Positions 45,199 to 54,767 of a stretch of DNA of 64,000 nt are shown here, in pieces. The position numbers and the translations under genes were made by a program. The notes below the pieces were generated by a model. The model did not search any database and had not been told where the DNA came from. It was given only the letters and a program-made list of their open reading frames with translations. The DNA is from a virus. Location: the IMG/VR virus record IMGVR_UViG_3300033145_000192, positions 64,001-128,000 of that record; one strand, 5' to 3'. Position 1 is the first letter of the stretch; every line of letters starts with the position of its first letter.

Positions 45199-48100
45199 TT
45201 ATACTTCATCGTTGAAGCAAGTAGTTGGAAGAGTATACGTTGGAATTGATACCAGAGGAACTGTGCCATGAGAGCCGCAGATTCCATCTTGAACACCAAA
45301 CAAGACTCCGTTAATTTGACTGTTAGGTGCTTGAGCACCAACCATGAACGAGTTGATAGAGCCACTGCCAATTCCGCTGATACCAGCTATGTATCCGTTA
45401 ATCTCTTCCGTTGCAAATCCCTGTATGTATCCGTTTATGTTACCAGAACCAAATTCTGCACCCTTCAGATATGCAAAGACTTCAGAAAGTTCCTTACTGT
45501 TTACATACCCGTTAATTGCCCCACTCACGCCAGTATTGAACAAGAACCCCTTGATGTATCCGCTAGGTCTTCCTTGACAAACGGCCATGTATGCGTGAAT
45601 TGAGCCTTGGCCCTCTACTCCGCTTATGTATGCATGTATGATGCCTGTGACGCTGGCAAATGACTTCATGTATCCAAGGATGTTACCAGAGCCGCCGTAT
45701 CCTCGAACATATGCATTGATTTCTTCGTATGACCCAGGTGGACCATAGACGTATGCGTTGATTGTTCCGCTCGCCATGCCTCCATTTAAGAAGCCGTTGA
45801 TTACTCCGCTATCTGTTACCCAGGCTCCTGCAACGTAGCCATCAATTGTTCCAGTTATCGAGCCTGAGCTATACGCTCCAGCGTATCCATAAATTTGCGA
45901 TTGCTTATTACCAAGAAGGTATGCACAAATTGAGGATATATCTCCAGACTGAACAGCGACATATGTGTTGATAGAACCTGTTGGATACGAGACTAAACCA
46001 GAGCCTCCAAGGACATACCCTTGAATCTTTCCTTCAGCGGGGCCCAACATGTATCCATGAATGTTGGAGTAGGCATTTGGTTGACCTTCCATATAGCCAT
46101 GGAAGAACGGGAAGAACATATAAGCAGACGTATATCCAAGAACATTCTGATGTATGGCCTTATGAAGCGTTCCATAGATTCCAGTCGGTGTCGTATATGA
46201 ATTCTCTCCTGTGATAAAACCATTGATGGTTGGCGTAGGAGGTGCATCAATTCCTCGGACATTATCAATCCATACAATTCCTCTTTCCCCCGCACTGGTG
46301 CGAGGTGGGTTTACGGTTCCTCTCTTGTAGACCCATTTTATTGTATTAAGTCCGGTTGGCACCGCAAAGCTGACATTATACCAGTCACATTGGCTCATGA
46401 AACAATTGCCTTGAGCCCAATAGTTGACTACCTCGGTTTCTGCACCAGCGTAATCGGTATGGAAGATTTTGAAATAGTCGTCCTCCGGACCACCCATGGT
46501 TCCAGAACCCAACATGTCATATCTTACATCAAATCCGATTGTCCTTCCTGGGTCTCCATTCTCGTTGAACTCGTTCTCCGCAACATGAACATCGACTTCT
46601 AGGATACCTGATGTTCCTAGCGGTGCGCCGACAGTTCTGCCACGCAACGTCGTTGGGTGTTGCCAGCCAGATTCAACTGTTCGCATAACAAAGCCATCAT
46701 AGCGACCTTGTGCAGCTTGATTAAATACTCCACCCTCCTGTAGTCCCTTCTGTGGTGGAAGTGTGGTTAGTCTACTTGTGCGAGACATGTCTCCACTAGC
46801 GCGGACAAACCAGTTCCAGTCTCCGGAACGTCTCCACCCTGGAGGAACCTCTCCTTCCCTGAATGACCTGAAAGTTTCTGTGATTGTTCTGACGACTGGT
46901 TGGGCGACATCGAATCTTCGCGTCCATGCAAGCCAATCTGCACCGGCTTCTTTGCCAGTTAGCCATTCTCCCTTTGTGGTATGTGGTCCATAAACTCGGA
47001 TTTGTCTGAATGAGTGGCCAAATGTGCTAGTCCATTGATACTTCAAATACTTACACACAAATGCTTCCATGTGCCAATTCTGATGTATAGAGTCGTCTCT
47101 TAGAGGCAAACTCCTATCTGCTGTGATTTTTGATATAGCCTTATCGCTTTTTGTTCCAGTATCATCGGCAACTTGCGCAAACACAGTTCGATAATCGACA
47201 TCATCTAGGGATGCAAGAAGGTGATAATCTCCAAGTGTTGCAGACAGCGAACCACGCTGAAATAGCAATTCTGCCCTAGTGATAACTACTGGTTTGGAGA
47301 ATTCAATAATGAGCCAGTCATTAGTATTTACGTTAAGCGAAGTGGTAATATCATCGTCGAACAACTTCCAGGCTGGTTCATCATCAAAGATGCCCATTCC
47401 ATGTCTGGCAATACCAGTGAAGATTGGGTTTGTGCCAGATGGTGGCTGTGTAAGCATAAACTCATAGCTTGGTAGCGCGAAAGGCCCAGTGGCTCTAACT
47501 GATTTATCATAGTCCCAGCAGACTAGCTTTGCTGTTCCAGACGGAGAAACAGAATCTCCTAGTGTAGCAATAAGCTCTGGCTTTGGGCAGCCCTGTGTTT
47601 GGTCAACAGGGTGATGTAGTGCCTGGAAGCCTCTCCAGAATAGCTGGAACTTATGTCCCTTTTCTCTAATGTCGCATCCACAGTTGTCCGTCCATGCCAT
47701 TGCTTCAGACACTAGGCCAGATGCAGGCTGAGATAGTTCGGATATTCTCCATCCTGTAAATGAAGTTGTGTTAGTAACGCCACCCTTAGTGTTCTGGCAT
47801 TCGGGCGTAATCTTCATTCTTGAAATGCGCTGAACGCCATTGCCGTCTAGGTCTTGGAAGTAGACGTGCATTACGCCTTTTTCATTACACCAGGAGATGT
47901 CCGTATTTGTTCCTCCGATTGTCCTCCTGTTTTTGTTCAGGTATGCACCAGCCACTCCGGGAATACCAGAGGCAACACCCCACAGGGGCCACCCTTCCGG
48001 TGCTCTCCTGCGCGTTCCCTGCGTTCCAACATATGTGCTGTCCATACGAGCGAAGAACGAGCCATTGCCCATAGGTTCGCTGCCGTGACAGTAACATTCA

Positions 48101-48987
48101 ATTCCACTTACATTTGGAACGATAACTGGCCAGTTGTATCCTACGTCTGGGTCTGTTGGGATAGTTCCGCTACACCATGACATGCCTGGACCATATGGAT
48201 ATAGCCCACTTCCTTGGTTGGTAGCCAGTGGAGCGCCAGCGCCCGTCTTAGTTTCATTCCATCCGCCCCAGAATCCCCATCCGCGAGTAGCGTATGCAAT
48301 TGTTCCACTAGTAGATGTCCACGATAGGGACACAACGCGATTTGATGGGAACGAAGCGTGAGTGTGGCCCCAGATTGGATAGCCGCCATCTTCGCCTGGC
48401 TGCGGAACGCCCCATGCAGTAGCGACTCCAGCGTCCTTCTTTGGATTTGACTTGAAGTCTCCACCGGCAGTTCTTCCTAGATACCAACATTCAATGGTGT
48501 TGGCTACGGTCTTAACAGCCATGCGGACTGCCGGGAATGACGTGCTGATATCAGACGACATTGGACCAGCACTCCATAGCAGTGAGCCCATCATTCCACT
48601 AGGGCCTGCTGCTGGAGATGTCTCGAATGAAACTCTGCCATCGCCCACAGTAAGGTCCCAGCCTTCGCCTACCTTCTTTGCGAACTTATAGCAGCCAGAG
48701 CTAGCATACTGGAATAGACAGTGGATGTTACCCTTATTGTCCATCACTGTATCGAAGTTATCTGCCTGAGAGAAGTCGTCACACGAGAATAGGAACTTTG
48801 CATCGTCCCAGGTAACTCCAGAGTCAGCAGACCTTACATAATCAACCTCATAGTTGCCAGAGGCATATGCCAGGAATACTTCTCCAGAGTTGGGGTCTTG
48901 CCAAAAGGCCCTTCCCCACGATGGCAGACTTATCCCTGGGACGTTTGTCACGCCTGCTGTTGCTTTAATAAGGTTTGAGTAAGCCAT
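45199..48987 (-). CDS. Tail fibre/receptor-binding-like protein (Asp-box, discoidin-like domain, C-terminal beta repeats)
   Basis: RSADSGVTW Asp-box; WKLFDD..WLIIEFSKPVVIT..LLASLDD..Y is F5/8-like; more than 20 I-x-[GA]-Y-x-x-G repeats. Confidence 0.55.
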   Translation of the reverse strand: MAYSNLIKATAGVTNVPGISLPSWGRAFWQDPNSGEVFLAYASGNYEVDYVRSADSGVTWDDAKFLFSCDDFSQADNFDTVMDNKGNIHCLFQYASSGCYKFAKKVGEGWDLTVGDGRVSFETSPAAGPSGMMGSLLWSAGPMSSDISTSFPAVRMAVKTVANTIECWYLGRTAGGDFKSNPKKDAGVATAWGVPQPGEDGGYPIWGHTHASFPSNRVVSLSWTSTSGTIAYATRGWGFWGGWNETKTGAGAPLATNQGSGLYPYGPGMSWCSGTIPTDPDVGYNWPVIVPNVSGIECYCHGSEPMGNGSFFARMDSTYVGTQGTRRRAPEGWPLWGVASGIPGVAGAYLNKNRRTIGGTNTDISWCNEKGVMHVYFQDLDGNGVQRISRMKITPECQNTKGGVTNTTSFTGWRISELSQPASGLVSEAMAWTDNCGCDIREKGHKFQLFWRGFQALHHPVDQTQGCPKPELIATLGDSVSPSGTAKLVCWDYDKSVRATGPFALPSYEFMLTQPPSGTNPIFTGIARHGMGIFDDEPAWKLFDDDITTSLNVNTNDWLIIEFSKPVVITRAELLFQRGSLSATLGDYHLLASLDDVDYRTVFAQVADDTGTKSDKAISKITADRSLPLRDDSIHQNWHMEAFVCKYLKYQWTSTFGHSFRQIRVYGPHTTKGEWLTGKEAGADWLAWTRRFDVAQPVVRTITETFRSFREGEVPPGWRRSGDWNWFVRASGDMSRTSRLTTLPPQKGLQEGGVFNQAAQGRYDGFVMRTVESGWQHPTTLRGRTVGAPLGTSGILEVDVHVAENEFNENGDPGRTIGFDVRYDMLGSGTMGGPEDDYFKIFHTDYAGAETEVVNYWAQGNCFMSQCDWYNVSFAVPTGLNTIKWVYKRGTVNPPRTSAGERGIVWIDNVRGIDAPPTPTINGFITGENSYTTPTGIYGTLHKAIHQNVLGYTSAYMFFPFFHGYMEGQPNAYSNIHGYMLGPAEGKIQGYVLGGSGLVSYPTGSINTYVAVQSGDISSICAYLLGNKQSQIYGYAGAYSSGSITGTIDGYVAGAWVTDSGVINGFLNGGMASGTINAYVYGPPGSYEEINAYVRGYGGSGNILGYMKSFASVTGIIHAYISGVEGQGSIHAYMAVCQGRPSGYIKGFLFNTGVSGAINGYVNSKELSEVFAYLKGAEFGSGNINGYIQGFATEEINGYIAGISGIGSGSINSFMVGAQAPNSQINGVLFGVQDGICGSHGTVPLVSIPTYTLPTTCFNDEV

Positions 48988-51900
48988 TAGCCGCCTCCGT
49001 TACCACCTGTATTTGGAAAATCACCAGGAGAAATCATGCCTGCCTTAATAAGTGGTGCCGCTATCTTCATAATCTGCTGTCTAATCATCTCCACTGTTGC
49101 CTTATCATCAAAGTGCTTTGCCAATTGTTCAGTCAACTGTCTTGCAAATTCATCACCACTGATTGCATTTCCAACGCTGATTTCAATATCGTGCTTCATC
49201 TTGGGCACATCAATGAAAATCTTCGAGCCCTCTAGCTCTGCGTTAATCTTTTCTCCAAATACCGTGCCCCAGTTACTTATGTCCTTGAATGTGATGTCGT
49301 TTGCTTCTTTCCATGCTTCTCTGATTGTTGTATTTAGTCTCTCCATGGCTTCTGGAGTAAACAGGTCGAAGTTCTTCGTAATTGAATCAATCTTCTCGAT
49401 GATTTGCTTGTTCGTGTCTTGGCCACGGCTGATTCCTTCATTCAGTCTGCCAATTGACTCAGCGAATCCTTCAGTCAATATCCTCTGCATATTACGCGCA
49501 GCATCTTCCGATACCTTCGTGGTGTTATTACTCAACTGCTCAGAAAGCTTCAAGAACTTGTCAACTGCATCGGCAGCCTGACCCTTTGTCTTGATGCCTC
49601 TAGCTACATCACCAAATCCCTGTGAACCTAGAAGCTGTCTTGTTCTTTCAACATTGATATGTCTACGTCCACGCTTGCCTTCGCCACGAACACCCTTTAG
49701 GTCCTTGACAAACGAGGTATCTCTTCCGCCTCTTTGTTGTAGTAGTCCTCTAAAGCTACTCTCAACGGCTTCCTTGCCACCTTCCTGTGCCATTAGGTGC
49801 TTGTAAATTGCGCGTCCTTGTCCACGCTTGCCGCCCCCATGAACCTTGAGACTTTGACGCTTCAGCCTTCTTAGCAGATTACGCTGCTCTCTAGTTCCTC
49901 CGCTATCCGAAATCTTACGCTCAAGCTCCTTTATGCGTGGGTCAATTAGTCTAACTCCTCCACCTCCGATGGTAGGACGAACTGTTTTCTGTAGCCTTGA
50001 CAAGACTCCACCCATACCCTGCTTGAATTGTCCACCACCCATTCCGCCAGGAGCAGTTAGGGCACCAATTCCACTTGGCCTCTTACCCATTCCAGTGATT
50101 TCTCCAAGGACCCTTGCGAATTCCTTGAGCTTCGGAGTGGCTTCATCCATACTGCCAGCCAATTTATCAGTAGAGCCCTTCAGCTTCTCCTTCTTAGGGT
50201 CAACTGCGGGTAGGTCTCCAATTGTGCCACTAGAGATGATTCCCTGAACATAGTCGATGGTTTCCTTGGTTGCAGTCTTATTCCTGATGTCCTTCATCAT
50301 CTTCTGGATTCCAGCAACGGTTTCCATTTCCTTCTTGTAGCTGGCCTTTCTCTTCTCATCTCTCTCTGGGTCTCTCTTATAGCCGGAGTCTCTGAAGTCT
50401 TGCTGCAATTGGCCTCTTACATCCCACTGCTTGTGCCTGAAGCCCTTAAGTGCCTCCCATACCTTCTCACTTCCCTTTACTCTACCCTCTGGACCAAGTA
50501 TTTTACCATACGCTGCTGTGGTGAGTCTAGCACGGTTAAGTGCATCAATACCGGTCTTTAGCTTGTCCATGTCTGTAGTAAGCTGGGCTCTAGAACCCTG
50601 TAGCGCCTTGATAATATCGGTCCTTTGCTGCATTGCAATCTGAGCATCTAGGGACGCAACCTTCAATAGCTGCTGCTGAATGTTGGCATCGAACTCGTCT
50701 ATTGCGATAATCCTGTCTTGCTTTTCCTTAATCTGCTTCTGGATTTCTGCGATGCGAGCGGCTTCCTTCTCTCTCTGCTTTCCAATCTTTTCTGGTGAGA
50801 ATATCTGTAGTTGACTGAATAGCTGTAGTAGCTCCTTATTGCCAACTCCACTTACTAGCTCTGGTCCACCAAATCTATCTTGTGACTGCATACCCTGAAG
50901 GACACGAAGTAGGACTTGGCTGCCGCCCTGCTCCCTTACTCTCTTGATTCTGCCACCAAGCTGTCCCAGCCCCTCCTTACCAACACCCTTGATACCGCTA
51001 ACAAAGGCTTTGGCCAGGTTCATGTTCTTGATAGCTTCTTTGAACTTATCTGGACTTTCGAGAAGTAGACGGCCAAACTCAGCCTGCTGATTACGCCTTT
51101 GGGCATATAGCTGATTTTCCTGCTGCATACGCGTTTGGAGAGCGCCTATTTGCTGCTGTAGGGCGACCTTTCTAATCTCTATTTCGCGCTGAGTGCTCCT
51201 TACTCTAAGTTCTACATCGGAACGTAGTTCGGCTGCGGCCTGCCTTTCATTAGCAAGCTTGAATCTGATAAGTCCTGTTTCTTCGTCAACAACCGTTTGG
51301 TTTGCCTTAACGCCTGCTACCTTGATTGCCTTAGATAGCGCACCTATCATTTGACCTAGGCCAGCAGTTCCGCCAACGCCTGGACCAACAGTTCCAAGCT
51401 GCCTACCGGCTCCATGCTGGATAGCAGCCAATTGCTGCGCGGCTCCACGCCTGATTTCAGTTAGTCTACGCTCTACGCTTGCACCACTGGTCTCAAGTAG
51501 CTGTAGTTGCTTACCTGACATGTCAGAGATTTTCTTAACAAGCGCACTGCCTATGGTGGCAAATACTGAAGCTAGTCTTTCCTGTGCTCCTATTACATTT
51601 TCGAACGCACCAGCAGCATTAGAAGCGGCCTCTTCCCATGCCTGAATCTGGTCGAGTGTCTTGTCCTTAGACCACTCTACCATATCCATTTGGGCCTTCA
51701 TCTCAGCCGCTAGCATATTGTGCTTGGCGTCCTCAATTTGCTTCGCAGTCTTCTTACTGCTAGCCTGAAGACGCTTGGCTTCTTCGCTACTCTCAGCCGT
51801 AGTTGAATCTAGTAGTCCCTTTTGTATCGTCAACGACTCAATTTGTCTCTTGAATTCACCCTTGTCAAACTTTAGAGTAGCGCCGATTGCACTTCTGCCA

Positions 51901-54767
51901 CCAACACCAGCCATCATTCCCTGTTGAATTACACTTCGCTGCTTCGCAAGGTTATTGTCTTCCTCTTGGATACGTAGGATGCGCTCTAGAACAACGAGTC
52001 TTTCTTGTTCTACTTCCGCCATTTTTCCTACGGTTTCAAATCCAAGCTGCTTCAACTTGGCATACTTAGATTCCATTGCTTTTCTGAGGGTTACCTGATA
52101 GGCTGCGTCAGCTTCGCCCTCGGCAATTTGCAAGCCTATACGCTCAATGTCCTTAAGGATTTTGGCTCTTCGTTTTGCAGCATCTACCGCAGCAGCCGCC
52201 CTTTCGGCGTCATTCTTTGCTTCCTTAGCAACCTGCTGTCTAGTAGTAAGTTCGGCCTTTAGCTCCTCTAGCCTTTGCTTCTGTTGCCCAGTTAGACGGT
52301 CACCGTCCTTTACCTGGGCATTCATCCACTTGAATAGCGCCTTTGCCTTAGCTACTCCTGGGTCCTTGTTTTCAATTGCAGTTAGTTTATCTAGCTGCTC
52401 TTGTGTAGCTTCGCCACTGGCCTCAATTACCCTCAATCTTTCGATTTCGGCAGTTGGCTTAATCATTCTTCTGGCTTGCTTGACGAGTTGTAGTGACTCT
52501 CCTATCTTCTTAAGGTCATTTGCCTTCTTTGTAGCTTCATCGAATTGTTCCTCATACTTACCAATGGCGAACCCAAAGCCTGCTCCAACGGCAGCACCAA
52601 CAATGGCTCCGATAGGTCCACCAAGCATAGCGCCCATACCAGCGCCTCTGGCGGCTTCTCCTAGGCCCTTACCTAGTCCCTTACCTGCGGACTTGGATAC
52701 AGTTTCTTCTAGAGGACCAGAGATAGCAGTAAGCGCCATACCAGCGACCATACTGCCCATACCTGGCATCATCCTGCCCATACCAGAGCCCATGCCACCA
52801 AAGCGGCTAGCAATGCCACGACCAGCGCCAGCAACTCCACGGCCTGCCATTCTGGCACCAAAGCCGCCAACCTGTCCTGCTCCTCTTAGGAAACCACCAG
52901 CCCTGCTGCCCATAACAGCACCACCGGCTCTTCGTCCAACGTCAGCTACTCTTCCTCCGACTGCACCAAAGCCACCAGCGATACGGCTACCAAATCCGCC
53001 AACGGCACTCATGCCACGACCGAGTGTGCTTCTCTGTCTCTGCATAGCTCCTAGGCCAGTAGCCATTGGGGCTTGTGCTCCAATTGCTGCGCCACCCATT
53101 GTTCTGGCAGATTGTGCTACCTTGTTGCTAAGGTTTTGAATACCTACGCCAAGCCTACTCTTGTTAATCTTGTCTGCTGTGGAACTAACACTGGCCCCAA
53201 AGGACTTAAGTGGCTGCTTGACATTCTTATTGAAATCACCCGCTCTACTCTTGTCAAAGTCCGCAGAACGAGCCAGTGCTCTCTTCGTGATATCAGCCTG
53301 TGCTCCAGTGCTGGCACGAGTTGTTAGCCTTTCTCCACTGCGCATAATGGCAGAGGTTGGGTCACCAGTTACGGTTTGGCCTCTGCGTCTCATGGCAGAA
53401 AGCTTGCTTGCAGCCCTCTGTGTTGGAGATACAGTGTGTCCAGCCTGTGACCTTAGTGCGACTCTCATAGGGTCGTTAGCTGGCATTGATGATAGTTGTC
53501 TCATACCAGGAGTTGTCATTGCTGGCATTGGCATTGGCATGCCTGGCATTGGTGCCATCATACCTGGTAGTGGTGTAAGTCCACCTCTTACCTTCTTCAA
53601 TGCCTCTGTGGATTGCCACTGCCTCATTCCTGCTAGAGCTGGATATTGCATTGGCATTGTTCTGTCTGCACCAGCGCCGATACTGCGAAGACCTCCTCTT
53701 ACTCCTTGAAGTGCGGAAACCTGTCCAGCAATTGGCGCACCCTGTCCGACTCTCGTTGGTCTTCCGGCAAACATGTTTCCACGAACATTCGGTCCACCGA
53801 ACCACGCCTTTGTTGCTTTGGATGCAGTAGATGCTGGGGCATTAGGATGCATAGGCTGTGAGTATGGCAACATACTCTGTCTTCTTTGTTGCCTCTGCAT
53901 GCCCAGGACTTCTCTATCCTGACGCCTATAGTTTAGGTTTCCAGGTGCGCTTCCTAGTGGACGACCAGCCATTTGCCTTGTTGGCGTTCCTGCTGGCTGT
54001 AGTCTACTACTTGCCTTACCCGTGAAGAATACTCTTGTTCCTAGTGACGCAGAGCTAGCTGGAGCCTTTGGGTCTAGGTGTGAAGGTAGACGTGGGCCCT
54101 GCATTGCCCCAGTTGTTGGGAATGTTCTAGTAGCTCTTGTTGTTCCGGACCTTAGCATTGCGGAGCTTACCGCTGGGGAAAGACCTCTTCCTCCCATATT
54201 TCTGGCAACTGCCGCTTCTCTTGCAAAGTCTCTTCCAGTTCCTAGGCCAGAGAGTTGGAGCTTCCTTTGTCCACCCCACGATGCACCCTCGATTTGTCCA
54301 CCACTTCTAGTAGGACCTATTCTGCGTCTACCACCTAGAGGAAGTGTTGGTAGAGGGAGTTGTCGTTGTCCAGCAGCGGCAAGGAAATCCTTTGAATAAC
54401 CAGAACTGCCAGGACTAAGTAGACGACCACCCACTCCGGGATGTTGGCCACCACCACCAAGCCATCCTCTTGTAAAGCCGGGACTAGGTAGCTGACCACC
54501 TTGGGCACTTGGAATTGGACCCAACATGCCACCGGCAGGACCACGGGTTCCGCCTGCTCCTGGGAGTCGTGCAGTTCCAGCAGTAAATCTTCTGAAGTCA
54601 CGACCGGCAATTAGTGACCCGCCGCCACCACCGATGAAAGGTCCAGCGCCAAATCCTGCTCTACCGGCTCCAGCAGCGCCACCGCCGCCTCCACCTCTTC
54701 CACCGCCTCCACCGCGATAATGCCGCCTCTTACCATACCGGCTGGTCCACCAGCGGCAGATATTCTT
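48987..54767 (-). CDS. Tape measure protein, downstream reading frame
   Basis: Frame open from 54767 (after TAG 54770-54768) through ATG 54527 to 48987; Gly/Arg/Met-rich, then a long A/Q/K/E helical region. Confidence 0.7.
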   Translation of the reverse strand, partial: KNICRWWTSRYGKRRHYRGGGGGRGGGGGGAAGAGRAGFGAGPFIGGGGGSLIAGRDFRRFTAGTARLPGAGGTRGPAGGMLGPIPSAQGGQLPSPGFTRGWLGGGGQHPGVGGRLLSPGSSGYSKDFLAAAGQRQLPLPTLPLGGRRRIGPTRSGGQIEGASWGGQRKLQLSGLGTGRDFAREAAVARNMGGRGLSPAVSSAMLRSGTTRATRTFPTTGAMQGPRLPSHLDPKAPASSASLGTRVFFTGKASSRLQPAGTPTRQMAGRPLGSAPGNLNYRRQDREVLGMQRQQRRQSMLPYSQPMHPNAPASTASKATKAWFGGPNVRGNMFAGRPTRVGQGAPIAGQVSALQGVRGGLRSIGAGADRTMPMQYPALAGMRQWQSTEALKKVRGGLTPLPGMMAPMPGMPMPMPAMTTPGMRQLSSMPANDPMRVALRSQAGHTVSPTQRAASKLSAMRRRGQTVTGDPTSAIMRSGERLTTRASTGAQADITKRALARSADFDKSRAGDFNKNVKQPLKSFGASVSSTADKINKSRLGVGIQNLSNKVAQSARTMGGAAIGAQAPMATGLGAMQRQRSTLGRGMSAVGGFGSRIAGGFGAVGGRVADVGRRAGGAVMGSRAGGFLRGAGQVGGFGARMAGRGVAGAGRGIASRFGGMGSGMGRMMPGMGSMVAGMALTAISGPLEETVSKSAGKGLGKGLGEAARGAGMGAMLGGPIGAIVGAAVGAGFGFAIGKYEEQFDEATKKANDLKKIGESLQLVKQARRMIKPTAEIERLRVIEASGEATQEQLDKLTAIENKDPGVAKAKALFKWMNAQVKDGDRLTGQQKQRLEELKAELTTRQQVAKEAKNDAERAAAAVDAAKRRAKILKDIERIGLQIAEGEADAAYQVTLRKAMESKYAKLKQLGFETVGKMAEVEQERLVVLERILRIQEEDNNLAKQRSVIQQGMMAGVGGRSAIGATLKFDKGEFKRQIESLTIQKGLLDSTTAESSEEAKRLQASSKKTAKQIEDAKHNMLAAEMKAQMDMVEWSKDKTLDQIQAWEEAASNAAGAFENVIGAQERLASVFATIGSALVKKISDMSGKQLQLLETSGASVERRLTEIRRGAAQQLAAIQHGAGRQLGTVGPGVGGTAGLGQMIGALSKAIKVAGVKANQTVVDEETGLIRFKLANERQAAAELRSDVELRVRSTQREIEIRKVALQQQIGALQTRMQQENQLYAQRRNQQAEFGRLLLESPDKFKEAIKNMNLAKAFVSGIKGVGKEGLGQLGGRIKRVREQGGSQVLLRVLQGMQSQDRFGGPELVSGVGNKELLQLFSQLQIFSPEKIGKQREKEAARIAEIQKQIKEKQDRIIAIDEFDANIQQQLLKVASLDAQIAMQQRTDIIKALQGSRAQLTTDMDKLKTGIDALNRARLTTAAYGKILGPEGRVKGSEKVWEALKGFRHKQWDVRGQLQQDFRDSGYKRDPERDEKRKASYKKEMETVAGIQKMMKDIRNKTATKETIDYVQGIISSGTIGDLPAVDPKKEKLKGSTDKLAGSMDEATPKLKEFARVLGEITGMGKRPSGIGALTAPGGMGGGQFKQGMGGVLSRLQKTVRPTIGGGGVRLIDPRIKELERKISDSGGTREQRNLLRRLKRQSLKVHGGGKRGQGRAIYKHLMAQEGGKEAVESSFRGLLQQRGGRDTSFVKDLKGVRGEGKRGRRHINVERTRQLLGSQGFGDVARGIKTKGQAADAVDKFLKLSEQLSNNTTKVSEDAARNMQRILTEGFAESIGRLNEGISRGQDTNKQIIEKIDSITKNFDLFTPEAMERLNTTIREAWKEANDITFKDISNWGTVFGEKINAELEGSKIFIDVPKMKHDIEISVGNAISGDEFARQLTEQLAKHFDDKATVEMIRQQIMKIAAPLIKAGMISPGDFPNTGGNGGG

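Noticed and set aside
52147-53709. Long plus-strand ORFs (330 and 182 aa) and similar ones at 11166..11867, 38870..39412 and 49036..49581
   Set aside because: They are antisense shadows of low-complexity or codon-biased minus-strand genes, with no RBS or motifs.
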